This document shows, one piece after another, positions 26,701 through 36,175 of a DNA stretch of 64,000 nt. The notes beneath the pieces are model-generated. The model searched no databases and was not told the DNA's origin. It was given only the letters and a program-made list of their open reading frames with translations. A program made the translations under genes and the position numbers. The DNA comes from Chiloscyllium plagiosum. Taxonomy: Eukaryota. The stretch's first letter is position 1. The number at the start of each line of letters is the position of its first letter. The stretch spans positions 103,047,566 through 103,111,565 of the forward strand of contig NC_057718.1 in the NCBI RefSeq assembly GCF_004010195.1, in the 5' to 3' direction.

Positions 26701-29700
26701 AATTGTACCCGGCTTCACCATCACCTCTGGCCTTGCTCCACACACCGAGCACTCTCTGTATGAAGAAGTTGCCATTCAGGTTCCTCTTAAATCTTTTCCC
26801 TCTCATGTTAAACCTTCTTATTTTTGACTCAAGTACCCTGGGAAAAGGCTTTGACTATTCACCCTAGCTGCGCCCCTCACGATTTTATTAGCTCAAATGT
26901 CTTCAACAAGGGAATACATTTTTTCATTAGAACATTTTCAGGGTAAGAGTCTTTAAAATGTAATGGCATTTGAAACATAGGATTCATTTGAAAGTTTGTT
27001 TGAATTGAGAATGTTCTTTCAACAGTTCTGAATTGGAAGTGTAAGAACACTACACTATTAAGATACCATAATAAGCTTGAGATGTTCCTCCTGCAGGCTG
27101 TGTGCAAGCGAACTCATTACAAGTTATAGTTCTTCAGCCGCACTCCTGTCTAAAATCACAGGTGACAAGAGGAGAGAACTTTGTTTCCGGTAGATATCTG
27201 CTCAGAAGTGACTCTCAAGCTGATCATAACCACTGAAGCTATATGATGGGCAGAGAGATAGGGCTTCAGACCACTCTAAACCACAGCTGTCGTATCTGGA
27301 AACAGAACCTCAATACCCTTTCCCAGTTTTTGGATAGAGACGATCAATACAAGAGTATTTCTTACACCATCATTACTGTTTCTAGCAGCTTGGGAAAACA
27401 ATTAATTTGTATTTACTGATGGCCTTATGTTCAGAAAACTCAAAGCTCAGTACATTAAGCATTAATACAGCAGTCAATGTATATGCTGAAAACTCCACAA
27501 ACATTTCAGTGTCTAGTTACTCCAATCTTACTGGCATTGCTTTAGTGAGGACACAGCACTATCCATCTCAGATGGATGACTCTTTGTTTAAAGTTGTAAT
27601 CAAAGTAACATACTATCAACAATACAGTACTCCTTTACTTTCTGTCCTAGATTATATCCTTACATAGTCATGCACCATGGAAGCAGACCTTTTGATCCAA
27701 CCAGTCCATGCTGAATATAATCCCAATCTGAACTAGTCCCACCTGCCTCCTGGCCCATCTCCCTTCAAATCTTTCCTATTCATGTACTTATCCAAAAGTC
27801 TTTTAAACATTGTAACTGTCCCCACATTCACCATTTCCTCAGAAAGTTCATTCCACATACGAACCACCTTGTGTAAAAGATTTGCCCCTGATGTATTTTT
27901 TAAATCTCTCTCCATCCTAGGGAAAAGACATCTACCATTAACCTTATCTACACCCCACATGATTTTATATCGTGGGGGCTTGAGTTCAGACATTCCTGAC
28001 TCCCAAGACAAAGGGAGATCAACTAACTGAAGATGGAAAATTGGACATTAATGGCAAATGGTTACATTTTAAAGAGTGAAAAGTACATTTATAAGTATTT
28101 CAATCAAATTGCTCAGATATGTTATCTGGAGCAGTCGGGACTTGAACGCAGATCTTCTGGCCTAGAGATAAGAACACTACTACCGCACTAAAAGTATGCT
28201 TGTATACTATTCACTTCTATATGTTTCCTTCCCTCTCCTGATGAGAGTAATGACAAGATTAACTGCAGATGAATTGGAGGTCTCCCACAGCATGTATTTG
28301 CACAATGAAAGTCTAGATAAAACCTTGATGAATATGCCTAAACTAGTAATGACAGTAGATAAAACCTTCTTTTATCTACTGTGATTGCCTGTTTACGTAT
28401 GTACGTCACTTAAAGCCTCTCCGTCTTGTCAGCTGTTAACATGATTGAGCTACTATCATGACAAAGGAGATTGCAAACTGTTAAGCTTCCTTTATCAAGT
28501 GATTGCTTTACAACTGAAACCATATGCATAATCTTTATCACATCATCAAAGCAAGGACATAGAACGTTTGCATCACCACTTGTTTCTATGTCATTACGAT
28601 CACATGTATGAACCCCACCGCTGAAACCATCACACATGCCTTCATCAGCCAAGGTTTAACTTCTCTTGCTTTGCTCACCAGCCTTCCCACTTCAATCATA
28701 AGTTGGATTTGGAGATGCCGGTGTTGGACTGGGGTGTACAAAGTTACAAGAGGATGATCACCTTGCCAAGACCTTCCCCACACCTCCACTTCTTGCCTTT
28801 AAACAGCCATCAAACCTCAAACAGATCATTGTTCATAGCAAACTGCCCAGCCTTTAGGACAATACCATACAACCTTCTCAAGGTAGATGCTGCAAGACGT
28901 GTCAGAGTGTGGACATAGATACCACCATTACACGTGGGGACACCTCCCACCATGTATGTGGCAGGTACTCACGTGACTCAGCCAATGTTGTCTATCTCAT
29001 ACACTGCAGGCAAGATACCTGAGGTACGGTACATTGATGAAACTGAGCAGAGGCTATGGCAATGGATGAACGGGCACCACACAACAATTAACAGACAGGA
29101 GTGTTCCCTCCCAGTTGGAGAACACTTCAGCTGTCTGGGACATTCGACGTCAGACCTTCGGGTGATCATCCTCCAAGGTGGACTCCAGGACAGGCAGCAG
29201 CGAAAAGTGGCTGAGCAGAGGCTGATAACTAAGTTCAGTACCCATAGGGAGGGTCTTAACCAGAACCTTGGGTTCATGTCACACTACAGGAGACCCCATT
29301 GCACTATACACACACACCCTTTCACAGACTTATAACCCTTTACACTCACACATACACACTCTCTCACAGACACTCAACTCAAATGGGAAGGGACAGGCTA
29401 TTCAGCTCTCAAGAATGATCAGTCAATGATCAACAAGATCATGTCTTAGTTTCCTCTAGTCTCATTAATACTTCTGGCTAGCAGAAATCTAGCAATGTCA
29501 AAATTTAGGAGTTATTAGTTCAAGCAGCATCTACTTTTTTTTGTGGGAGAGTTTTTCACACCTTTCTACCACCCTTAGCATGAAGTAGTGTTTCCTGATT
29601 TCAATCTAGACTTAGACATCTCCCTTATTCTTTGCATTTTCCCTGACTTACTTTTGTCCTACAATGATAGTTTGCCCCATGGCTACCCTTCTCCCTGCCA

Positions 29701-31938
29701 TGCCCTGTTTTGGCCTTTGGTATTGTGTAAACAGCATTTATATATAATACTCTTACATGCTAAAACATCCCAAGCTGCTTCACAGGTAGGCTATCAGATA
29801 AAATCTGGTATCATCATAAGATTTGGAGGTGCCAGTGTTGGACTGGAATGGACAAAGCTAAAAATCACACAACACCAGGTTATAGACCAACAGGTTTATT
29901 TGGAAATACAAGCTTTTGGAACGCTGTTCCTTCATTAGGTAGCTAGTGGAGCAGGATCATAGGACACAGAATTTATACCAAAAGATCATAGTGTCATACA
30001 ACCGATACGATATATTGAACAAACCTCCGAAAGCTTGTACTTCCAAATAAACCTGTTGGCATATAACCTGGTATTGTGTAATTTTTAACAGTCATAACAG
30101 GCTGTGATCAAGACAAACAGGTGGGTCTTAAAAGATGTATTACAACAGTAGAGATAGCTAAACAGGTTTGTCTAAGGGAGGGGGTTGCTTGGCATAGGAT
30201 ACAGGCATGACAGCTAATGGTGGAGCAATTAAAATTAAGGAAGCTGAACAGGCCAGCACCGGAAAAATACACTGGAGAACAGAAATATCTCACGGAGCTG
30301 TGGGTCTAGAGAAGTTAAGAGCGAAGAGCAGAATCATGGACAGATTGGAAAAGAGCAAGGCATTATTGAACTAGGAGAACAAAGCAGTCCAGAGAGCACA
30401 GGGGCAATGGGTGAATGGGCCTTGCTGTAAAAACTGTCTGCACATCAGAGTTTTCAATTAGTCCAATCTGCAGAGGAAAGAAAACATTATTTTATAAAAT
30501 GAAGTGTCCAAACAGATACACGTGCCAATCTTGCCCATACAATAATTGCTGTCCTGAGTTTTTTTACTTTATATTCTTGCTGTCAATGCAGTATTTTTTA
30601 CTCTAAGCTTTTGGCTTTCTGGTTTTTGACTGAGGTTTTTCATTCTGTCAGTTTTCTCTCTATTTATATCTTTCTTTTTTTCTCTCCAACCTTGTTATCC
30701 CTCCCTTTTCTCCTAGTCTTTTTGCTCCCAGTTTTGATGCTGGTCTTATTTCTGTTTTTGGCTGCTAATGTGGATTTTTTTCCCCCCCTCCTTTTGCTCT
30801 AAAAGATCTTTATTCCCAGTTTTGACACCCCAGAGCTTTTGCCGATTACAATGTTTCTTACATTTTGGCTTTTTTGGTCCTAATTTTGTTATTCTCAGTT
30901 CCTAATGGGCAGCACTTTTTTCCACCAAGTTTTATTTTTATTTTCACTCTCACTCGTGTCCTACCGTCCCAGTTTCTTGTCCCTAGTTTTTGTTGGCCCC
31001 AGCTTTGGATGCGGATTTGTTTTGCTGCAAATATAAGTTGACTTAATTCCAATTATTATTGATGGACATTATGAACTTGTAACATTGGTTGCTCTCATCC
31101 CTCCTCCTCTTATTCAGTTGCTGAGGTTTTTTTTGAGCCAGAGTCTTTTGCCCCAACCATTTACTTAGACCCGGTCATATGCTCCCAATTTTTGTAAGCC
31201 TTTTGCTCCAAACCTTTTTTCATAAACACGTCTTTTGCTCCAAATATTTTTTGTATGCCCCAGACTTTTGCCTTCCAAGGTTTTTTTTTAATCCCAGACC
31301 TATTCTTGGGCTTCCCAACGTTTTTAAGTTCTAGTTTTGGTTTTCAGTTTTTATTATTGCCAATACAGTGCTTTCGTTCCCAGCTTTATTTTGTGGCTGT
31401 AGCAGAGAGTTTTTTTTGGGGGGTGGAGGGGGTTGGTGGATGTCCCTGTGTTTCTCTACAAACAGAGAGTGTGTGAGAGAGAGAGAGAGAGAGAGAGTGT
31501 GTGTGAGTGAGTGAGAGTGAGAGAGAGTGAGGGAGGGAGAAAGAGAGCGTGTGAGTAAGGAGAGTGAGTGAGTGAGAGGAGAGAGAGAGTGAGTGAGAGA
31601 GAGAGGAGAGAGAGAGAGAGTGTGAGTGAGTGAGTGAGTGGAGAGAGAGTGAGTGAGAGGAGAGAGTGTGTGAGTGAGTGAGTGAGTGGGACAGGGCGGA
31701 GGAGGAGGCGGTAGGGGGAATACTGGGCCTGGGAGGACGCCGGGGGGGTGGGCCAGTGTTCACCTTCAGGGGCCCAGGGCCTAGCTGCGGACCTGGAGCC
31801 TCGGCTCAGCCTGCCAGCCCGGGCCGGGGGAGTCAACCCGGGGCCAGCTCCTCGCTCGCCGGCGAGCCCCGGGCTCGGGTGGAGCCGCGTCCGCCTCGGC
31901 CTGGCGTTGCTGCTGCCGCGGCTCGCCTCCTTCTTCAT
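14597..31938 (-). CDS. ETAA1: Ewing's tumor-associated antigen 1 (RPA-binding ATR activator), spliced CDS: complement join(31764..31938, 22803..22940, 22078..22151, 20993..21093, 15789..18121, 14597..14715); 2940 nt, 979 aa
   Basis: Six exons with GT-AG boundaries and compatible phases (1,1,0,2,1) give one open frame. It contains KTPKR, NSPVND..QQDIYWDQHSP (ATR-activation motif), EISDIVKRIAPQ, LWLGEDAIQCSP, EELMKLAKEFDRNM, DDDDDLNRMCDDVEK (RBM1-like) and C-terminal CSLQEIEQKKLAALARR (RBM2-like). These match my recollection of vertebrate ETAA1 in order and exon layout. Confidence 0.95.
15789..18121 (-). CDS. ETAA1: ETAA1 exon 5 (2333-nt large exon, disordered region with RBM1)
   Basis: Corresponds to the 781-aa ORF 15748..18093; acceptor cattttag at 18122-18123, donor AAAG|gtgaga at 15788. 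Confidence 0.95.
20993..21093 (-). CDS. ETAA1: ETAA1 exon 4
   Basis: Acceptor cttttggttaaatag, donor AAG|gtatgt; translates RSSEVPLNLWLGEDAIQCSPTISFRERIKTNNSR. Confidence 0.92.
22078..22151 (-). CDS. ETAA1: ETAA1 exon 3
   Basis: Acceptor ctttgcttatgcag, donor CAG|gtaatc; translates GMEKKSVTGQHVVEISDIVKRIAPQ. Confidence 0.95.
22803..22940 (-). CDS. ETAA1: ETAA1 exon 2, ATR-activation domain core
   Basis: Acceptor ttttattttacag, donor TTGG|gtaatg; translates EISSNKTPKRILKKQQLIANHNSPVNDNELQQDIYWDQHSPTTFKLG. Confidence 0.95.
23845..24005 (-). mobile_element. 5'-truncated V-SINE
   Basis: (GATTA)n tail plus the 3' half of the family. Confidence 0.8.
24251..24471. mobile_element. Palindromic Penelope-type short insert (family A) with 14-bp TSD
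   Basis: Inverted arms of about 94 bp centred on GAATTC at 24341-24346; TGTCTTGAAAAGTA at 24237-24250 and 24472-24485. Confidence 0.85.
24342..24379 (+). ncRNA. Minimal type I hammerhead ribozyme motif (PLE-associated)
   Basis: CUGAAGA-A-GGGC(UCAU)GCCC-GAA-ACGU-C: intact core, stem II, palindromic stem III, GUC cleavage triplet; stem I imperfect. Confidence 0.7.
25811..26110 (-). mobile_element. V-SINE (HE1-like)
   Basis: Same family as 49817-50126. Confidence 0.85.
26300..26530. mobile_element. Family A Penelope-type insert with inverted arms; single-arm relatives at about 3460-3560, 38420-38540 and 50276-50406
   Basis: Same sequence family as 24251-24471. Confidence 0.8.
28705..29380 (+). 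mobile_element. Penelope-like element fragment with GIY-YIG endonuclease remnant
   Basis: Frameshifted DSANVVYLIHCRQ...YIDETEQRL..WMNGH...SLPVGEHFS..GHS..DLRVIILQGG...RKVAEQRLITKFSTHREGLN; preceded by a short inverted terminal-repeat piece at 28705-28748. Confidence 0.9.
29820..30090. mobile_element. Family C Penelope terminal-repeat insert with inverted arms
   Basis: AAAAATCACACAACACCAGGTTATAG..CAACAGGTTTATTTGGAA and its reverse complement. Confidence 0.8.
31463..31690. repeat. Compound (GA)n/(GAGT)n/(GT)n microsatellite at the start of ETAA1 intron 1
   Basis: Directly visible low-complexity purine-rich tract. Confidence 0.95.
31764..31938 (-). CDS. ETAA1: ETAA1 coding exon 1 (MKKEASRG...RLSRGSRSAARPWAPE)
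   Basis: ATG at 31938-31936 (context AGGATGA) inside the CpG island; donor GAAG|gtgaac at 31763; phase 1 fits exon 2. Confidence 0.8.
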
Positions 31939-31941
31939 CCT

Positions 31942-31983
31942 TCACTCGGTGCCCGGCGCCGCTCTCCGGGCCCGCGCCGCCAT
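31942..31983 (-). other. Upstream ORF MAARARRAAPGTE*, in frame with ETAA1
   Basis: GGCGGGATGG strong Kozak context; TGA at 31944-31942 followed by AGG ATG. Confidence 0.6.
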
Positions 31984-32208
31984 CCCGCCGCCTGCGATGA
32001 AAATAAAACCCCGCCGACACCGCCCCCTCCCCTTTAAGGGGCCGCTCCCCTTCACCCATTGGCTGGGGACAATGTCGACCGCCGTCGTCTATTGGCTGCG
32101 CCGTTGCTAGGGTTAGTCCCCGTCCCCTAGTAACTGTCCATCAAAGTTGGAAAGGACAAAACCTGGAATTGTTGGGGAAACTCAGCAGGTCTGACAGCAT
32201 CTAGAGTT

Positions 32209-32528
32209 ATAGATTCCCTACAGTGTGGAAACAGGCCATTTGGCCCAACAAGTCCATACCGACCCTCCGAAGAGTAACCCACCCAGACCCATCCCCCCCC
32301 ACCCTATATTTACCTCTGACCAATGCACCTGACCTACACATCCCTGGACACTATGGGCCAACTTCGCACGGCCAATTCACCTAACCTGCACATCTTTGGA
32401 ATCTGGGAGGAAACCCACGCAGACACAGGGAGGATGCGCAAACTCCACAAATTCCTGAGGCTGGAATTGCGCTCCGGTCCCTGGTGCTGTGAAGCAGCAA
32501 TGCTAACCACTGAGCCACCATACCACCC
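32209..32528 (-). mobile_element. V-SINE directly upstream of the ETAA1 promoter
   Basis: Family-typical tail, V-domain and tRNA head. Confidence 0.85.
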
Positions 32529-32532
32529 TAAA

Positions 32533-33760
32533 CACAGAGATGTACAGTACGGAAACTGACCCTTCAGAGCAACTCATCCATGCTGACCAGATATGCTAAG
32601 TAGTCTAGTTCCATTTACCAGCATTTGGCCCCTATCCTTCTAAACCCTTCCTATTCATATACCCATACAGATTCCTTTCAAATGTTATAATTGTACCAGC
32701 CTCCACCACTTCCTCTGGAAGCTCATTCCATACATGCACCACATTCTGCATGAAAAGGTTACCCCTCAGGTCCTTTTTAACTCTTGTCCCTCTCACCCTA
32801 AACCTGTGCCCTCTAACTCTGGACTCCCCCACTCCAGGGAAAAGACCTTGTCCATTTACCCTATCCATGCCCCTCATGATTTTATAAACCTCTGCAAGGT
32901 CACCCCTCAGCCTCCAATGCTCCAGGGAAAACAGCCCCAGTCTATTCACCAGAAGAGAAAATGCTGGAAAATCTCAACCTGTCTGGCTGCATCTGTAAGG
33001 AAAGAAAAGAGCTGACGTTTTGAGTCTAACTGACCCTTTGTTAAAGCTCAAAGTCTATTCAGCCTCTCCCTAAAACTCAAACCCTCCAACCCTGGCAACA
33101 TCCTTCTAAATCTTTTCTGAACCCTTTCAAGTTTTACAACATCCTTCCTATAGCAGAGAGACCAGAATTGGATGCAGTATTCCAGTGTCATAATAAATGT
33201 CCTACACAGCCGCAACATGACCTCCCAACTCCTACAGTCAATGCACTGTCCAATAAAGGCACATTTACAAATGCCTTCTTCACTATCCTGCCGACCTGGG
33301 ACTCCACTTTCGAGGAACTATGAACCTGCACCCCAAGGTCTTTTTGTTTAGCAACATTCCCCAGGACCTTACTATAAAGTGTATAAATACTGCTTTGCCC
33401 TGATTTGCGTTTCCAAAATGCAGGACTTTACATTTATCTAAATTGAATTCTATCTGCCTCCTCAGCCCATTGACCCATCTGATCAGGATCCCATTGTAAT
33501 CTGCAGTAACCTTCTTTGCTGTCCACTACACCACCAATTTTGTTGTCACCTGCAAACCTACTAACTATACATCCTATGTTCACATCCAAATCATTTATGT
33601 AAATGATAAAAACTAGTGGACCCAGCACCGATCCTTGTGGAACTCCACCGGTCACAGGCCTCCAGTCTGAAAAGCAACCCTCCATCACCACCCTCTGTCT
33701 TCTACCTTCAAACCAGTTCTGTATCCAAATTGCTAGCTCTCCTTGTACCCCATGTGATCT
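32533..33760 (-). mobile_element. CR1 LINE fragment with a short insert at 32949-33051
   Basis: [25 protein letters not shown] motifs and 3' UTR. Confidence 0.92.
32949..33051 (-). mobile_element. Family D short insert with 10-bp TSD; second copy at about 5983-6100
   Basis: AGTCTATTCA at 32939-32948 and 33052-33061 interrupts the CR1. Confidence 0.8.
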
Positions 33761-34549
33761 TGTTAACTTTAGTTTGGAAATTAATACCTGTCTCACCCTG
33801 AAAATGAAACAAAACTCGGTGCTTTGATAATCAGCTGTCAATTTTTAAAATCCTAAATTCAAGTGCCGATCCTTTTCATAATATGAACAACTCAGATTTT
33901 AATAAACTAAGTTATTTTAAATAAATATTGCAGCTTCCAGAGCTTTCGAATTGTCTGGTTTGAATTTGTGTTTGAGTATCTAAAGCAGGATTGCTATGGA
34001 TTTTTTTCTGACGCTGCGCTGGTTGTCACCTTAAAAAAAATTCAGCTGCACCCAGCATCATGGATTTTAAATTCATTATATCTCCTTTGTTGTCATTGTT
34101 ATAAATCTTAACATTTAACAGCAGCTGGACCCTGTCTAAATAGTATGCCACCCGAATGTTACACTACATTTAAACAATTTTGCAGAGCAAACCTGGGTGG
34201 AACAGGATGTGATTACTTAATTTATCAAATTAGGTTCCTGCATAAAGCAAGTACAATATTCGCTCTGCTTGAATATAGTTTGAAATTTCTCAGTCCCTAT
34301 GGGAATAACATTCCAGGATATAATTCAACTCTAAAATCAATACTATTTATTGCACAGATGATATATTTATCACCACAACAGCAGGAAAGCATTGCATCCA
34401 CAGGGTATTTGGTCATGCTCCTTTTCAGTTGCATCGTCTTCAAACCAATTTCAACAGATATCAGCCTACCAATTTTTCTAAAGAATGAATCCACATCTTA
34501 TTAATTGCTTTTGTTCAAAGCGACCTGTATGTATCCAATTGGTTAAAAA

Positions 34550-34800
34550 AATTTGCATTTTTATAGAGCCTTTTACCAGCTCAGGATGTTTTGTATGGCA
34601 TTATAGCCAAGCACTGTGTGAAGTGTAGCCTCTGTTGTCATATTGGAAGCACAGCAATTAATTTGTGCACAAACTCCATTCAAACAGTAAAAAGATGCTG
34701 ATCAGATCATCTGTTTTTGGGGTTGAGGGATAAAAATGAACCAGGTTACCTGAAGAAATTCACACTTTCCAAAAATAGTGCACAAGATCTTTTCTACGTG
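34550..34800 (+). mobile_element. Deu-SINE-like (SacSINE1/AmnSINE-type) fragment; another copy split at about 44625-44750 and 45165-45450
   Basis: AATTTGTGCACA..CAAACAG...ATCTGTTTT..GTTGAGGGATAAA motif, recognised from memory. Confidence 0.55.
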
Positions 34801-35852
34801 CTTTCTTCATAACTTCTATTGGACTTGAAACATTACCTCTGTTCCTCTCTCCACAGATGCTGCCAGACTTGCTGAGTTTCTCCAGCACTTTCTGCTTCAG
34901 ATTTCCAACATCTGCAGTTATTTATTTTATTCCTTTATTACTGATCTGCACTCAAAAGTGTACATCATCTACTGCACTCTGGTTATTATTACCCATTGTC
35001 CAGTTTGCTGGATGTGCCACAAGGTGATGCCAACAGTGTGGAATTAATTCCTGCACCAGCTGGTGTTGCCATGAAAGTCCTACCTTCTCAACCTCGCCTT
35101 TCACCTGAGACATGGTGATCCTCAGGCTAAACTCACCACCAGACATCTCTCTCTCTTTCCCTAATGAGAGAGCAGCGCTGGGGTCCTCTTGGATTTTGAC
35201 AACAATGTTTAGTTTTCTATCATTAACCAAATAATTATCCTACTCCTATACCCCTTTTTTACTCTTTGATTTACAACATCTCCTCTTACAATCCTTCCCC
35301 CCCCCCCACCCAACCTCCCCACACTAAAGCACTCTCTATTGCCCTAGCTATAAAATTCAACAGAATATTGCTCCCAAAAATGTTCAAATTAAGCTGGTCC
35401 CCACAGTACAGCTCCCATTTTGTCCATTTTTGCCATTGCCTCCCAAATTGAAACACATTTCTTCCGCACCAGTCTTTGAGTCATCTCTCTAATCTTATTT
35501 ACCCCATGCCAATTTGCTTGTGGTTCAGATAATAATCTAGAGATTATTAACTTTAAGGTTCTACTGTCTGATTTATCTCCAATTGCTCACAATTCCTAAT
35601 TATGGTTTGGAGCTCAAAAACTGCATAAATCCATGTAAGATGCTGTAAATCCCACTTTAGAAATAGAACCAGTCCGACTCAACATTGGGACTCAGACAGA
35701 CTTTCTAACTTTAGCTTTTCTAACAATAGGTGCCATCTCAGCTCAGGCAAAGTTATCTTGAGAAGGAGTTCTGGAATTTACATATTAAAGAACTGAAACT
35801 AGCATTTGCCATTCTAAAAGATGAAAGACTTAATCTGAATTTATGATAGATT

Positions 35853-36175
35853 ATAGAATCCCTACAGTGTGGAAATAGGTCCTGCGGCCCAACATGTCCA
35901 CACCAACCCTTCGAAGAGTTTCCCGCCCAGACCCATTTCCCTATCTTATTACTCTCCATTTAACACTTACTAAGGCACCTAATGTACACACCCTTGAACA
36001 CTGTGGGCAATTTAGTGTGGCCAATTCACCTAATCTGCACATTTTTGGATTGTGGGTGGAAATCCACGCAGCCACGGGGAGAATGTGCAATCTCCACACA
36101 GACTCTCACCCAAGGCTGGAATTGAATCTGGGTCCCTGGCACTGTGAGGCAGCAGAGCTAATCACCAAGCCACCA
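35853..36175 (-). mobile_element. V-SINE inserted into a Penelope-like 3' fragment
   Basis: Family-typical sequence; the flanks 35655-35845 and 36180-36335 resemble the contiguous element at 53595-53960. Confidence 0.8.

Larger units (their letters stand above)
25652..27970 (-). mobile_element. Three separate short CR1 3' fragments (about 25652-25800, 26695-26890, 27665-27970)
   Basis: Each resembles the CR1 3' end. Confidence 0.75.
31690..32140 (-). promoter_or_regulatory. CpG island and ETAA1 promoter with two CCAAT boxes
   Basis: The only strongly GC/CpG-rich island in the window, overlapping exon 1; CAGCCAAT boxes on the minus strand at 32058-32062 and 32091-32095. Confidence 0.85.

Noticed and set aside
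28934..29335. Domesticated or intact GIY-YIG nuclease gene
   Set aside because: Frameshifted upstream of the YIG motif, which is mutated to YID; a decayed PLE fragment.
31386..32110. Several overlapping ORFs, including Ser/Leu/His-rich ones and + strand ORFs suggesting a divergent gene
   Set aside because: By-products of the GC-rich island and microsatellite; only the exon 1 frame splices to conserved exons.
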